A DNA stretch of 33,586 nt from assembly GCA_964584035.1 (NCBI GenBank), contig CAZOYL010000014.1, positions 1 to 33,586 of the forward strand, given 5' to 3'. A program made the translations under genes and the position numbers. Shown in pieces: positions 17,436-25,897 of the stretch. The notes beneath the pieces were generated by a model. It ran no database searches and was not told the origin of the DNA. It saw only the letters and a list, made by a program, of their open reading frames with translations. This stretch comes from an uncultured Gemmatimonadota bacterium. Its GTDB lineage: Bacteria; SM23-81. Position 1 is the first letter of the stretch, and each line of letters opens with the position of its first letter.

Positions 17436-17528
17436 GCCGCAGCCGACCAGACGGATGAAGGCGACGGCTGAAGGCCCATGCTTCAGCCGCAACGGGGCCC
17501 CGGCTTTTCACCATTGGAATAATTGAAA

Positions 17529-18239
17529 ATGTTCGAAGCATTGATATTATCCTATTTGGCCGGCGCGGCCATTCCGGCCGGCGGCGCTCTGGCGGCGATC
17601 GAGCATATCCGGCCGCTATGGCTGGAGCGTGAACTCCGTCACACGATCATCGCTTTCGGCGGCGGCGCCCTGATAGCGGCGGTCGCTCTTGTGCTTGTGC
17701 CGGAGGGCATGAAAGGCCTGCCAGGCCCCCTTTCGGCGATATCTTTTCTGGCCGGCGGCGGCGGATTTTTCCTTCTGGATCTCCTGGTGGCTCGGCGAGG
17801 TGGTCAGGCGGCTCAATTCATGGCCATGCTGCTTGACTTTATCCCCGAAGCTATCGCCCTGGGAGCCACTTTCGCCATCGGTGGTGCATTCGGTCCTTTG
17901 CTCGCTTTTCTGATCGGGCTTCAGAATCTCCCCGAGGGATTCAATGCTTTCATAGAATTCACCGTTTCTTCTCATATCTCTCGAGTTCGAACCATGTCTG
18001 TCTTTCTCCTCCTCCCCTTTCTCGGCCCATTGGCCGCTTTCATCGGCATCATGATATTCTCTCATCATAGCGCCCTTCTGGCTGTTTTGATGCTGTTTTG
18101 TGCGGGAGGAATCATGTATCTGACATTTCAGGACATTGCACCGCAAGCTAAACTGGAAAAACATTGGGCGCCGCCGCTGGGAGCCGTTGCCGGATTTGTA
18201 TTAGGCATGCTGGCAAAAATATTCACCTCGGCCGCCTGA
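17529..18239 (+). CDS. ZIP (GufA-like) divalent metal transporter
   Basis: AFGGGAL, LDFIPEAIALG, QNLPEGFN and GGIMYLTFQDIAP motifs. Confidence 0.88.
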   Translation: MFEALILSYLAGAAIPAGGALAAIEHIRPLWLERELRHTIIAFGGGALIAAVALVLVPEGMKGLPGPLSAISFLAGGGGFFLLDLLVARRGGQAAQFMAMLLDFIPEAIALGATFAIGGAFGPLLAFLIGLQNLPEGFNAFIEFTVSSHISRVRTMSVFLLLPFLGPLAAFIGIMIFSHHSALLAVLMLFCAGGIMYLTFQDIAPQAKLEKHWAPPLGAVAGFVLGMLAKIFTSAA

Positions 18240-18257
18240 CAAACGCGCTCACTTGAG
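18234..18257 (+). repeat. attC left-half remnant (GAC-type R'')
   Basis: GCCTGAC-AAAC-GCGCTCACTTGA directly at the ZIP stop; GCCGCCTGAC is an 8/10 complement of GTCATGCGCC at 17429. Confidence 0.5.
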
Positions 18258-18283
18258 ACATGATGAAATGTCGGGAGAAGGCG

Positions 18284-19093
18284 ATGGACACCGATGCTTA
18301 TATCCAGCTGACCCTGGAGGCCAATGCGCTGAGAGAGTCAATCCTGCGCACAGCGATCAAGACCCTGCGGCTGAGGCCGGGAAGTCGCGGATTGGATGCG
18401 GGGTGTGGAATCGGTCTTCAAACCTTGCTGTTGGCCGAGACGGTGGAGGCTGCCGGGCACGTCACTGGTGTTGATATCTGCCCGGAGTTCCTGAATCGTG
18501 GACGAGAGATGGTGAAGAAGGCCGGCCTGTCGGAGCATATCTCTTTTCAGGAAGGCGATATTGCCGGCCTTCCCTTCGATGATAACACCTTCGATTGGGC
18601 TTGGAGCTCCGATTGTGTTGGATACGCTCCCCTGGAACCGCTGCCCTTACTGAAGGAGTTGGCGCGGGTAGTGAAGCCCAGTGGTACGGTGGCGATCGCC
18701 GCCTGGTCTTCTGAAAACCTGCTTCCCGGACATCCCCGGCTGGAAGCCCGCCTGAGAGCGACATCGGCCGGCCTGGCACCCTTTGTGCAGGGGAAGAAGC
18801 CGGAGAAACATTTCCTCCGTGCGCTGAACTGGTTTCACCAACTTGGACTGAAAGAACCCCGGGCAAAAACCGTTGCAGAAAACTTCTATGCCCCCCTCAG
18901 CGATGACATCCGCTCTGCCCTGGTGAGTCTCTTCGAAATGCGTTGGCCGGAGGCTGAGATCGAGCTGTCACCCGACGACCGGACGGAATTTCGGCGGCTG
19001 TGTCGGCCGGATTCTGCGGACTTCATCCTGAAGCTTCCGGATTATTACGCACTGATCACCTACACGGTATTCTGGGGTCAGGTGGCCAAATGA
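18284..19093 (+). CDS. Class I SAM-dependent methyltransferase (UbiE-like domain)
   Basis: LDAGCGIG, VTGVDI, LPFDDNTFD and ELARVVKPSG motifs. Confidence 0.9.
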   Translation: MDTDAYIQLTLEANALRESILRTAIKTLRLRPGSRGLDAGCGIGLQTLLLAETVEAAGHVTGVDICPEFLNRGREMVKKAGLSEHISFQEGDIAGLPFDDNTFDWAWSSDCVGYAPLEPLPLLKELARVVKPSGTVAIAAWSSENLLPGHPRLEARLRATSAGLAPFVQGKKPEKHFLRALNWFHQLGLKEPRAKTVAENFYAPLSDDIRSALVSLFEMRWPEAEIELSPDDRTEFRRLCRPDSADFILKLPDYYALITYTVFWGQVAK

Positions 19094-19202
19094 ACTCTAA
19101 AAAGGCTTCAATCGCCCCTCTTGCCCACTCCTTGGCCGTATTCGGCGGCCCAGGACGGCGCAGAACAGCCCCATCAACCAACAGCCCGGAAAGGAGGCCA
19201 TT

Positions 19203-19904
19203 ATGGCCAAGATGAAAGACGGCTGTGTCAAACCCGCCCGGGGGCCCATTGTGCCTTCGGCTGAAGTTTCCGCCCGGGCGGATAGCACACCACAGAAGGA
19301 GGTGATGATCATGCCGGCACGCGTCGGCCGGGAAGCGCCCGATTTCGAGGCCAACGCCTTCGTCTCGGGGGAGGGATTCAAGACCGTCAAGTTGTCCGAC
19401 TACAAAGGAAAGTGGATCGTGGTGTGTTTTTATCCTGGTGATTTCACCTTTGTCTGACCCACGGAATTGGCGGCGGTCGCCGCCCGCTACGATCAATTCA
19501 AAAAAATGGATGTGGAAGTGGTGGCCATGAGCACCGACAGCCGCTTCGTCCATAAGATCTGGCAGCAGGAGGAGCTGTCAAAAATGGTCGATGGCGGTGT
19601 TCCCTTTCCCATGCTCTCCGATGCCGGAGGGAGGATCGGCGCTCTTTACGGCGTTTACGATGAGGCCGCAGGCGTGGATATTCGCGGCCGTTTCATCATC
19701 GATCCCGATTTCGTCATCCGGGCCATGGAAGTCCTGACGCCGGAGGTGGGTCGCAATCCCGACGAACTGATCCGTCAGGTGAAAGCGTTTCAGCATGTGG
19801 CCCAGACCGGCGAGGTGACCCCATCGGGCTGGCAACCGGGCGAGCCCACGCTGACGCCTGGCCCCGACCTGGTCGGCAGAGTCTGGGAAGCCTGGAAACC
19901 ATAA
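19203..19904 (+). CDS. prxU: Selenocysteine-containing peroxiredoxin (AhpC/Prx1 family)
   Basis: ORFs 19203-19457 and 19467-19904 are one frame: [16 protein letters not shown], with TGA at the peroxidatic Cys position; AGGAGG RBS; SECIS hairpin follows. Confidence 0.93.
19455..19484 (+). promoter_or_regulatory. Bacterial SECIS element
   Basis: TGA, 11 nt, then GGCGGC-GGTC-GCCGCC (6-bp stem with a loop starting with G). Confidence 0.8.
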
Positions 19905-20115
19905 TCAGAACTTGACCGGCACATCAGTTACGTCATCGCTCCGAGATCTGAAGATATTCTTCACCTTTCGGAACGCAGGGGGATATTGTTGCATCCTCTG
20001 TTTCCTTAAACTGGAATTTTACCCTGTAGCGCGGGGGCTGGCTGGACCGCTGCCTTTTCATCGGCATGTATTCGAGCGGTGATCGGACGAGGCAAGGCAG
20101 TTCTTTAAGGAGCCC

Positions 20116-21600
20116 ATGATGAGAAAGTTCATTGTTCCTATCGTCCTGGTTTGCATGTTTCTTATCAGCAATTGTTTTGCCCGGGAACTGCCGGAAACCC
20201 CGGCCGGTCGTCGTGCTCAGGAAGTCGTTGAGCTTCTCAATGACACCAGTTCATATGAACTCGAAAATTATATTGAAACCCAGTATGCTCCCGGTTTTAA
20301 AGATGCCTTCCCGTTGGCGGCTCACAAAGGCATCGTTCAGACCACACAGACGATGTTCGGCCGGGTAAAAGTGGTTGAGATCACAGAATCGACTTACGAT
20401 GAGATACGCATCGTCCTGGAATCAGAGTCACGAGATGCCTGGTTGAACCTGGATATACAGGTTGAACCGGATGATCCTCATCGTATCGTCAGATTGGGTT
20501 TACGGCCGGGCGAGCGCCCTCACGGCAAAAATATGGAAGAGGAGAAAAATCAACAGGGGCAGGAAACGCGTGAAGTTGAGCCGCCAAGAGACATTGAGAT
20601 CCCGTTTTCAAATTTTGAAGAACTGCACCAATACCTTCTGGAAAAGTCTGCGGCGAACGAGTTCTCAGGAACTGTCCTGATCGCGAAAGATGGAGATGCT
20701 ATCTTTCAAAAGGCCTATGGGTATGCTTCCAAGAGATTTGCCGTTCCCAATGGGGTGGATACAAAATTTAACCTGGGATCGATCAATAAAATCTTCACGA
20801 CCGTTGCGATTGCTCAACTTATGGAGAAAGGGAAATTGTCTCTGGACGACCCGATCGGGAAGTATCTTGATGGTTTTCCGGAGGAGATCGCGGAGAAAGT
20901 CACCATCAGACATCTGCTCAACATGAGGTCAGGCTGGGGCGATTACTGGGGAAATGAGCACTATCTATCCCAGAGAGACCGGCTTCGTACCGTATCGGAT
21001 TATATGAAGTTCATCAAAGATATTCCGCTCGATTTTGAGCCTGGAACAAACTTTCAGCACTCCAACACCGGCTTCGAGGTCGCCGGTTTCATAATAGAAA
21101 CCGTGTCCGGGATGGATTACTTCGATTATATCAAAAGGAACATCTACGAGCCGGCGGGCATGGCCAATTCGGACTCTTACCACAGGGATGGTCCGGTTGA
21201 AAATCTTGCCATGGGCTATACCAATATGAACCGGAACGATCCGGAAGGTGAAGGGTACCGGTGGAACACGATGTATATGTTATCTCCCAGAGGGACGCCG
21301 TCCGGCGGGGGCTACTCCACCGCAGAAGATCTTCTGAAATTTGATCAGGCTCTGAGAAACAATCAATTATTAAGCTTCGACTATACCCGTTACATGATCG
21401 CTAGATTTCAGGGTTCGCCGGGTGATCCCTTCTCCCCTCCCGAACAGATCTATCGCATGGCCGGCGGGGCTCCCGGAATCAGCGCCTTCCTGGGCATGGA
21501 TTTTCAAGAATCCTATTCGATTATCGTCCTGTCCAATTATGATTTTCCGGCGGCTATGGAAGTTGCTGAAGAGATCATCATCATGCTCGACAGAGAGTAA
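20116..21600 (+). CDS. Secreted serine hydrolase, beta-lactamase/PBP-like (AmpC/Pfam Beta-lactamase) family
   Basis: Signal peptide, FNLGSINK (SxxK), TIRHLL, FEPG..F.HSN and IVLSN motifs. Confidence 0.9.
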   Translation: MMRKFIVPIVLVCMFLISNCFARELPETPAGRRAQEVVELLNDTSSYELENYIETQYAPGFKDAFPLAAHKGIVQTTQTMFGRVKVVEITESTYDEIRIVLESESRDAWLNLDIQVEPDDPHRIVRLGLRPGERPHGKNMEEEKNQQGQETREVEPPRDIEIPFSNFEELHQYLLEKSAANEFSGTVLIAKDGDAIFQKAYGYASKRFAVPNGVDTKFNLGSINKIFTTVAIAQLMEKGKLSLDDPIGKYLDGFPEEIAEKVTIRHLLNMRSGWGDYWGNEHYLSQRDRLRTVSDYMKFIKDIPLDFEPGTNFQHSNTGFEVAGFIIETVSGMDYFDYIKRNIYEPAGMANSDSYHRDGPVENLAMGYTNMNRNDPEGEGYRWNTMYMLSPRGTPSGGGYSTAEDLLKFDQALRNNQLLSFDYTRYMIARFQGSPGDPFSPPEQIYRMAGGAPGISAFLGMDFQESYSIIVLSNYDFPAAMEVAEEIIIMLDRE

Positions 21601-21648
21601 TACCCTATCCCGTTGAAGACATCACTCCGACCGGCTGGTTCTATTGAC

Positions 21649-21755
21649 ATGAATTCAGGAAAGATCATATTCCTTAACGGTGTCTCCAGCTTCTGGACGA
21701 CCGCTATGTCCTGTTCGTCGGCCTGAGTTGTCCGCTGGAGGAGCTTGAGCGCCGG
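21649..21755 (+). pseudogene. Collapsed chloramphenicol-phosphotransferase-like (P-loop kinase) remnant
   Basis: MNSGKIIFLNGVSS (start of Walker A) is joined near 21687-21690 to LLDDRYVLFVGLSCPLEELERR in another frame. Confidence 0.7.
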
Positions 21756-21817
21756 ACGAAATGTCTGACATCACGCACCAGCGGAGGCGAAGCGTCGAGT
21801 GATGAACAGGAGGATTC

Positions 21818-22026
21818 GTGGATGACAGAAAACAGGTTTCTGCGGCCCTGACGCAGATCATACAGGCGGGCATGAGCGGGGAGATTGACTGGCTTGCTCC
21901 GCTTCTGCACGATGATGTCATCATGACGTTTCCCGGCTTCACTGACCGGGCGCAGGGCCGGGCCGCTGGCTGGCCGTGTGGAGAACGATGCTGGAGTTAG
22001 AGGAACAGCCCTGTGAGCCGCAATAG
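21818..22026 (+). pseudogene. NTF2/SnoaL-like gene with internal deletion
   Basis: AGGAGG RBS, then ...LAPLLHDDVIMTFPGF..RAQGR joined near 21960 to GRWLAVWRTML...* in another frame. Confidence 0.6.
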
Positions 22027-22099
22027 CAGCCCGTTCAGCGAAGCCGGCGTAACGTCCGGCAGGCGGGCTGTCAGCCCTGTTCATGAGGAGGGCCATACC

Positions 22100-23209
22100 A
22101 TTCAAACAACCGACCGTTTACGAGCCCTGGACACCTTTCGGGGAATAACCATTGCCGCCATGATTATGGTCAATATGCCCGGAAGCTGGTCCTATGTCTA
22201 CGCCCCTTTGCGGCATGCGAAATGGCACGGGTGCACACCGACCGATCTGGTGTTCCCGTTCTTCCTTTTCATCGTCGGCGTGGCCATGTCCTATTCATTC
22301 AGGAAATACGACCACCGGCTCTCCCCCGCGGCCCTGAAGAAAATCGTCAGACGGGTCGCATTGATCTTTTTCATCGGATTGTTTTTGAACGCTTTCCCCT
22401 TTCAAAAAGATCTCTCACAGCTGCGCCTGTTGGGCGTTTTGCAGCGCATCGCCATGGCCTATGGAATCGCCGCGCTGCTCTATCTTGGTCTCAGTCAAAC
22501 CAGGCTCATGCTCCTTTCAGCCGTTATCTTAGTCGGCTACTGGCTGTTGTTGCTGGGATTCGGCCAGGGTGATCCCTATGCCGTGGAAACGAACCTGGTC
22601 CGCGTGATCGACCTGAAGATCATCGGCGAGGGCCATGTCTGGAAGGGCCTCGGCATGCCCTTCGATCCGGAGGGGCTGTTGAGCACCTTTCCCTCCGTGG
22701 TCACGGTCATTCTGGGAGCCCTGACCGGCAGGCTGATCCAGACGGCATCTCAGCTCAAGTCGGCCGTTTATAGACTGATCCTGATAGGCGTTTCGGCCAT
22801 CGTGCTGGGGCGGATCTGGAGCATAACGTTCCCCATCAACAAATCTCTGTGGACCAGCTCGTACGTGGTGTTCACCGCGGGCCTGGCGATGATATTTCTG
22901 GCCGTGCTGTTATGGCTCATCGATATCAGAGGCCACAGAAAGTGGACCTATCCGTTCGTGGTCTTCGGTATGAATTCGCTATTTCTTTACGCGCTCTCAG
23001 CCGTCTGGGTGCGAACGTATATTTATCTGATCAAGATCCCCGCCCCCGACGGCACGGTCATCAACGCTTATCAATGGCTTTATCAGCATATTTTTGTCCC
23101 GGTCGCCGGGAATCTCAACGGATCGCTGCTCTTTGCCATCACGCATGTGCTTCTTTTCTGGTTGATACTGCTGCTTCTCTATCGAAAGAAAATTTTTATA
23201 AAGATCTGA
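22100..23209 (+). CDS. Heparan-alpha-glucosaminide N-acetyltransferase-like (NagX/DUF5009) membrane acyltransferase
   Basis: RLRALDTFRG..IAAMIMVN, DLVFPFFLFIVG, GVLQRIA, DPEGLLST and PINKSLWTSSY motifs; RBS points to ATT 22100 (ORF track starts at 22013). Confidence 0.9.
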   Translation: MQTTDRLRALDTFRGITIAAMIMVNMPGSWSYVYAPLRHAKWHGCTPTDLVFPFFLFIVGVAMSYSFRKYDHRLSPAALKKIVRRVALIFFIGLFLNAFPFQKDLSQLRLLGVLQRIAMAYGIAALLYLGLSQTRLMLLSAVILVGYWLLLLGFGQGDPYAVETNLVRVIDLKIIGEGHVWKGLGMPFDPEGLLSTFPSVVTVILGALTGRLIQTASQLKSAVYRLILIGVSAIVLGRIWSITFPINKSLWTSSYVVFTAGLAMIFLAVLLWLIDIRGHRKWTYPFVVFGMNSLFLYALSAVWVRTYIYLIKIPAPDGTVINAYQWLYQHIFVPVAGNLNGSLLFAITHVLLFWLILLLLYRKKIFIKI

Positions 23210-23453
23210 GCTTCATTTCAAACCGGGGCGCCCTGCCGCATCCGATGGGCTGGCGCGCTCGGGTGTGCTGAAGGTCGGCGGCCGGGCGAAAGAAATCGCC
23301 CGCTGGTTGCGGCAAAACTGAAAGCAGGGATCGAACCGTGACATGGATGTGTCGCTGAGAGCCGAGTACTGGGATGGAGGACATCGTCGCCACCTGTCGA
23401 ACGTGTGAACGAGCCGTCGCCAAGACACCATCACCATTTCGGAGCATGGTAAA

Positions 23454-23873
23454 ATGGAAAAGGAAGAAGCCCTCAAAGAAGCCCTGGCTCTCGCCGAGCT
23501 GTCCGCCATCGCCATGCTGGGCACTAACGGCGAGCATGGCTATCCGAATATCAAGGCCATGATCAAGATGGAAAACGAGGGATTGAAAACGGTCTGGTTC
23601 AGCACCAACACCTCCTCTAGAAGGGTCCGCCAGCTGGTCCGAAATCCCAAGGCCTGCGTCTACTTCGTCGACCAAAGGCAATGGAAGGGACTGATGCTCG
23701 TTGGAGATATCGAGGTTCTCGAGGATGACGTTTCAAAACAGCGTCTGTGGCGCGAGGGCTATGAACGGTATTATCCATTGGGGGTGTCCGATCCGGACTA
23801 TTCCGTTCTTCGCTTCACGGCCCAATGGGGGAATTTCTACCACGCCCGGTCCAATGTGACGTTTGAGTTGTAA
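23454..23873 (+). CDS. Pyridoxamine 5'-phosphate oxidase-like / general stress protein 26 family
   Basis: GYPNIKAM, WFSTNTSS, NPKACVYF and YYPLGVSDPDY motifs. Confidence 0.88.
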   Translation: MEKEEALKEALALAELSAIAMLGTNGEHGYPNIKAMIKMENEGLKTVWFSTNTSSRRVRQLVRNPKACVYFVDQRQWKGLMLVGDIEVLEDDVSKQRLWREGYERYYPLGVSDPDYSVLRFTAQWGNFYHARSNVTFEL

Positions 23874-23886
23874 GGGAGGTGAACTG

Positions 23887-24701
23887 ATGCCGCCGGGAGA
23901 ATCAGATGTTCACCATAAGCGCCTCAGGAGTTTTCTGGTTGCGACCGCGCCTTTTCAGCTGAAAAACCGAGAAGAGGTACATGAAAAACTGAGCCGCTGC
24001 CGGCAGGTGATCTCTGAAGAGCTCATCGCGGGTCCGGGTTTCGGTATCTTCCAGTTTGTTACCAGCGTCAAGGAAGGTCTCGATGTCGAATTGGGCTTCC
24101 CCGTGACCCGGAAAGTTAAAACAGAAGATGTCAAGACATGGACGTTTCCCGGAATGGAGGTTTTATCCCTGATTCACAGCGGACCGCAGGAGGACATCCG
24201 GGAGAGCTACAGAAAACTATACGGCCACGCAGCGGAACGGGGGATCATCTCGGACGAGTTCTGTCGGGATGTGCCCATGTCTTTCCCGAGCGTCAAATCG
24301 CCAAATTAAGAGCCCTTTATGAAGACACCAAAGCCCGGACGGGAAATGCATTGGCGGCCGTCGATGCTGTCAGAGAATTCATGGGCCGGGATCCTGGATG
24401 GGGTGAGCGACCGCGCCGCGAGGGAAATGTTATTTTCTCCTCGAAAAACCCGCGAGATCCTGGCGGATATGAAAAGGCAAGTAATGAAGGGGCCAGAAGA
24501 AAAGCCTACTGCTATTGCCCTCTGGTGCGCGGGCATTTGGATGCCGGGATGCCCGTCGCCTTTTGTTATTGCGGGGCCGGGTGGTACCGGCAGCAGTGGG
24601 AAGGAGCGATCGGGAAGCCGGTCACGATCGAGATCGTCAAATCGATCCTGAAGGGCGATGATCGCTGCGAATTTGCCATTCGACTTCCCGACGACATGTG
24701 A
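23887..24701 (+). pseudogene. GyrI-like domain + Cys-rich V4R/DUF6144-like protein, internally deleted or frameshifted
   Basis: GyrI-like part (IHSGP...YRKLY...DEFCR) switches frame at GTTCTGTCGGGA 24258-24269 to SGCAH...CYCPLV...FCYCGAGWY...GDDRCEFAI. Confidence 0.7.
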
Positions 24702-24761
24702 CCATTCTGAGGCCTCACGTTACTTCTTGGCCATCCAGAGCAGGCCAAGCAGGAGGAGAAA

Positions 24762-25556
24762 ATGAACAACCCGATCATCGAGCTGATGCTCAATCGCAAG
24801 TCGATCCGGAAATACGAGGACACCGTGCCGTCCGAGGAGATCATCTCGACGGTCGTCCGGGCCGGCCAGCAAGCCCCCTTTGCCTCCCAGCTCTATAGCG
24901 TTCTGCTATCCCGGGATCGGGGCCGGCATCCCTTCGGGGCGCCCCTGTTGTTCGTCATCTGCGTGGACTGCCACAAGCTGGAGCTGATGATGGCCAGGCG
25001 GGGCTGGAAGGTAGTGACCAACGACCTGCTGCTGCTGCTCTTCGGGATCCAGGATGCGGCCCTGATGGCCCAGAACATGGTTCTGGCAGGGGAAAGCCTG
25101 GGAATGGGAAGCTGTTTTCTGGGCATGGCGCCCTATAATGCCGAAAGCATCATCGAGCAGTACCGGTTACCAGGGCGGGTGTTCCCGCTGGTGGAGCTGG
25201 CCATGGGATATCCGGCCGAGGATCCGCCGCCGCGGCCGCGCTATCCGCAGGAGTACGTATTGTTCGATGGTCAGTACCCCAAGTTGAGCGATGAGGACGT
25301 CGAACGGGCCATGGCGGCAATGGACGAGGGATATCTGGAGCAGGACTACTACCGGCAAGCGAACTACATCATCTCTTTGGAGGACAACAGAGAGGAGAAA
25401 TTCACCTTCGATACCTATGGGTGGTCTGAGCATATATCGCGCAAATGGGGTCAGTGGTACCCGTCGAGCAAGGAGCTGCTGGACAAGCTCCGGGCCTGCG
25501 GGTTCGAGATCTGCGAAGGTCCCCGGGCTCAGGATGGCACACACCCGCGCACTTAA
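24762..25556 (+). CDS. Nitroreductase family (NfsA-like) protein
   Basis: NRKSIRKY, QQAP, DAALMAQN...ESLGMGSCFLG and MGYP....PRPR motifs. Confidence 0.92.
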   Translation: MNNPIIELMLNRKSIRKYEDTVPSEEIISTVVRAGQQAPFASQLYSVLLSRDRGRHPFGAPLLFVICVDCHKLELMMARRGWKVVTNDLLLLLFGIQDAALMAQNMVLAGESLGMGSCFLGMAPYNAESIIEQYRLPGRVFPLVELAMGYPAEDPPPRPRYPQEYVLFDGQYPKLSDEDVERAMAAMDEGYLEQDYYRQANYIISLEDNREEKFTFDTYGWSEHISRKWGQWYPSSKELLDKLRACGFEICEGPRAQDGTHPRT

Positions 25557-25581
25557 CGATCTGAACGAGACGGAGGCAACT

Positions 25582-25800
25582 GTGGTGAAAAATTTCCGCG
25601 CCGGACACGTCATCATCGCCAGCGCCATCATCTGGGCCGCGGTGATCATTTCCAGCGCTCTAAAGCTCAAGGGCACGCCCTTTCGGGAGACCGTCGGCCT
25701 ATCCTTGACGATCGGCGTGATCGCTCATCTGCTTTTTGTCTGGATACCGCTGGGCGCCGGGAGCCGAAAACGGAAAGAAACGGATGCGAAAGAACAGTAG
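25582..25800 (+). CDS. Small 2-TM hypothetical protein
   Basis: GGAGG RBS before GTG; IIASAIIWAAVII...LKGT...HLLFVW; 3' part of track ORF 25291-25800. Confidence 0.65.
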   Translation: MVKNFRAGHVIIASAIIWAAVIISSALKLKGTPFRETVGLSLTIGVIAHLLFVWIPLGAGSRKRKETDAKEQ

Positions 25801-25897
25801 CCATTCTATGATCGGGACCATATGATCGGGCGAATTCTGCCCTGGGTCCCCACTATGATCGTGGTCATCATCCCTCAACCGGGGATAGGAGGCCCTG

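Larger units (their letters stand above)
150..18257 (+). mobile_element. Integron gene-cassette array (no intI in window); decayed remnants probably continue to ~22-25 kb
   Basis: Co-oriented short genes separated by R''(RYYYAAC)-L''...L'-R'(GTTRRRY) sites. Cassette 5' ends are reverse-complementary to their own downstream R'' (e.g. GTTAGGCAG 5673 / CTGCCTAAC 6358; GTTAGGTG 6453 / CACCTAAC 7016). TA cassettes are present. Confidence 0.92.

Noticed and set aside
17441..17515. Hairpin CGGCTGAAG/CTTCAGCCG with an attC-like left arm
   Set aside because: No credible L'/R' and no U-tract; it cannot be assigned as attC or terminator.
23210..23453. 244-bp spacer with a GGGCGA/TCGCCC hairpin as an ncRNA or gene
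   Set aside because: No recognisable RNA family or protein motif; probably more decayed debris.
25808..25861. Three copies of TATGATCG and short ORF 25822-26004
   Set aside because: The spacing is irregular and the copies are short; the ORF overlaps a better-supported frame and has no family signal.
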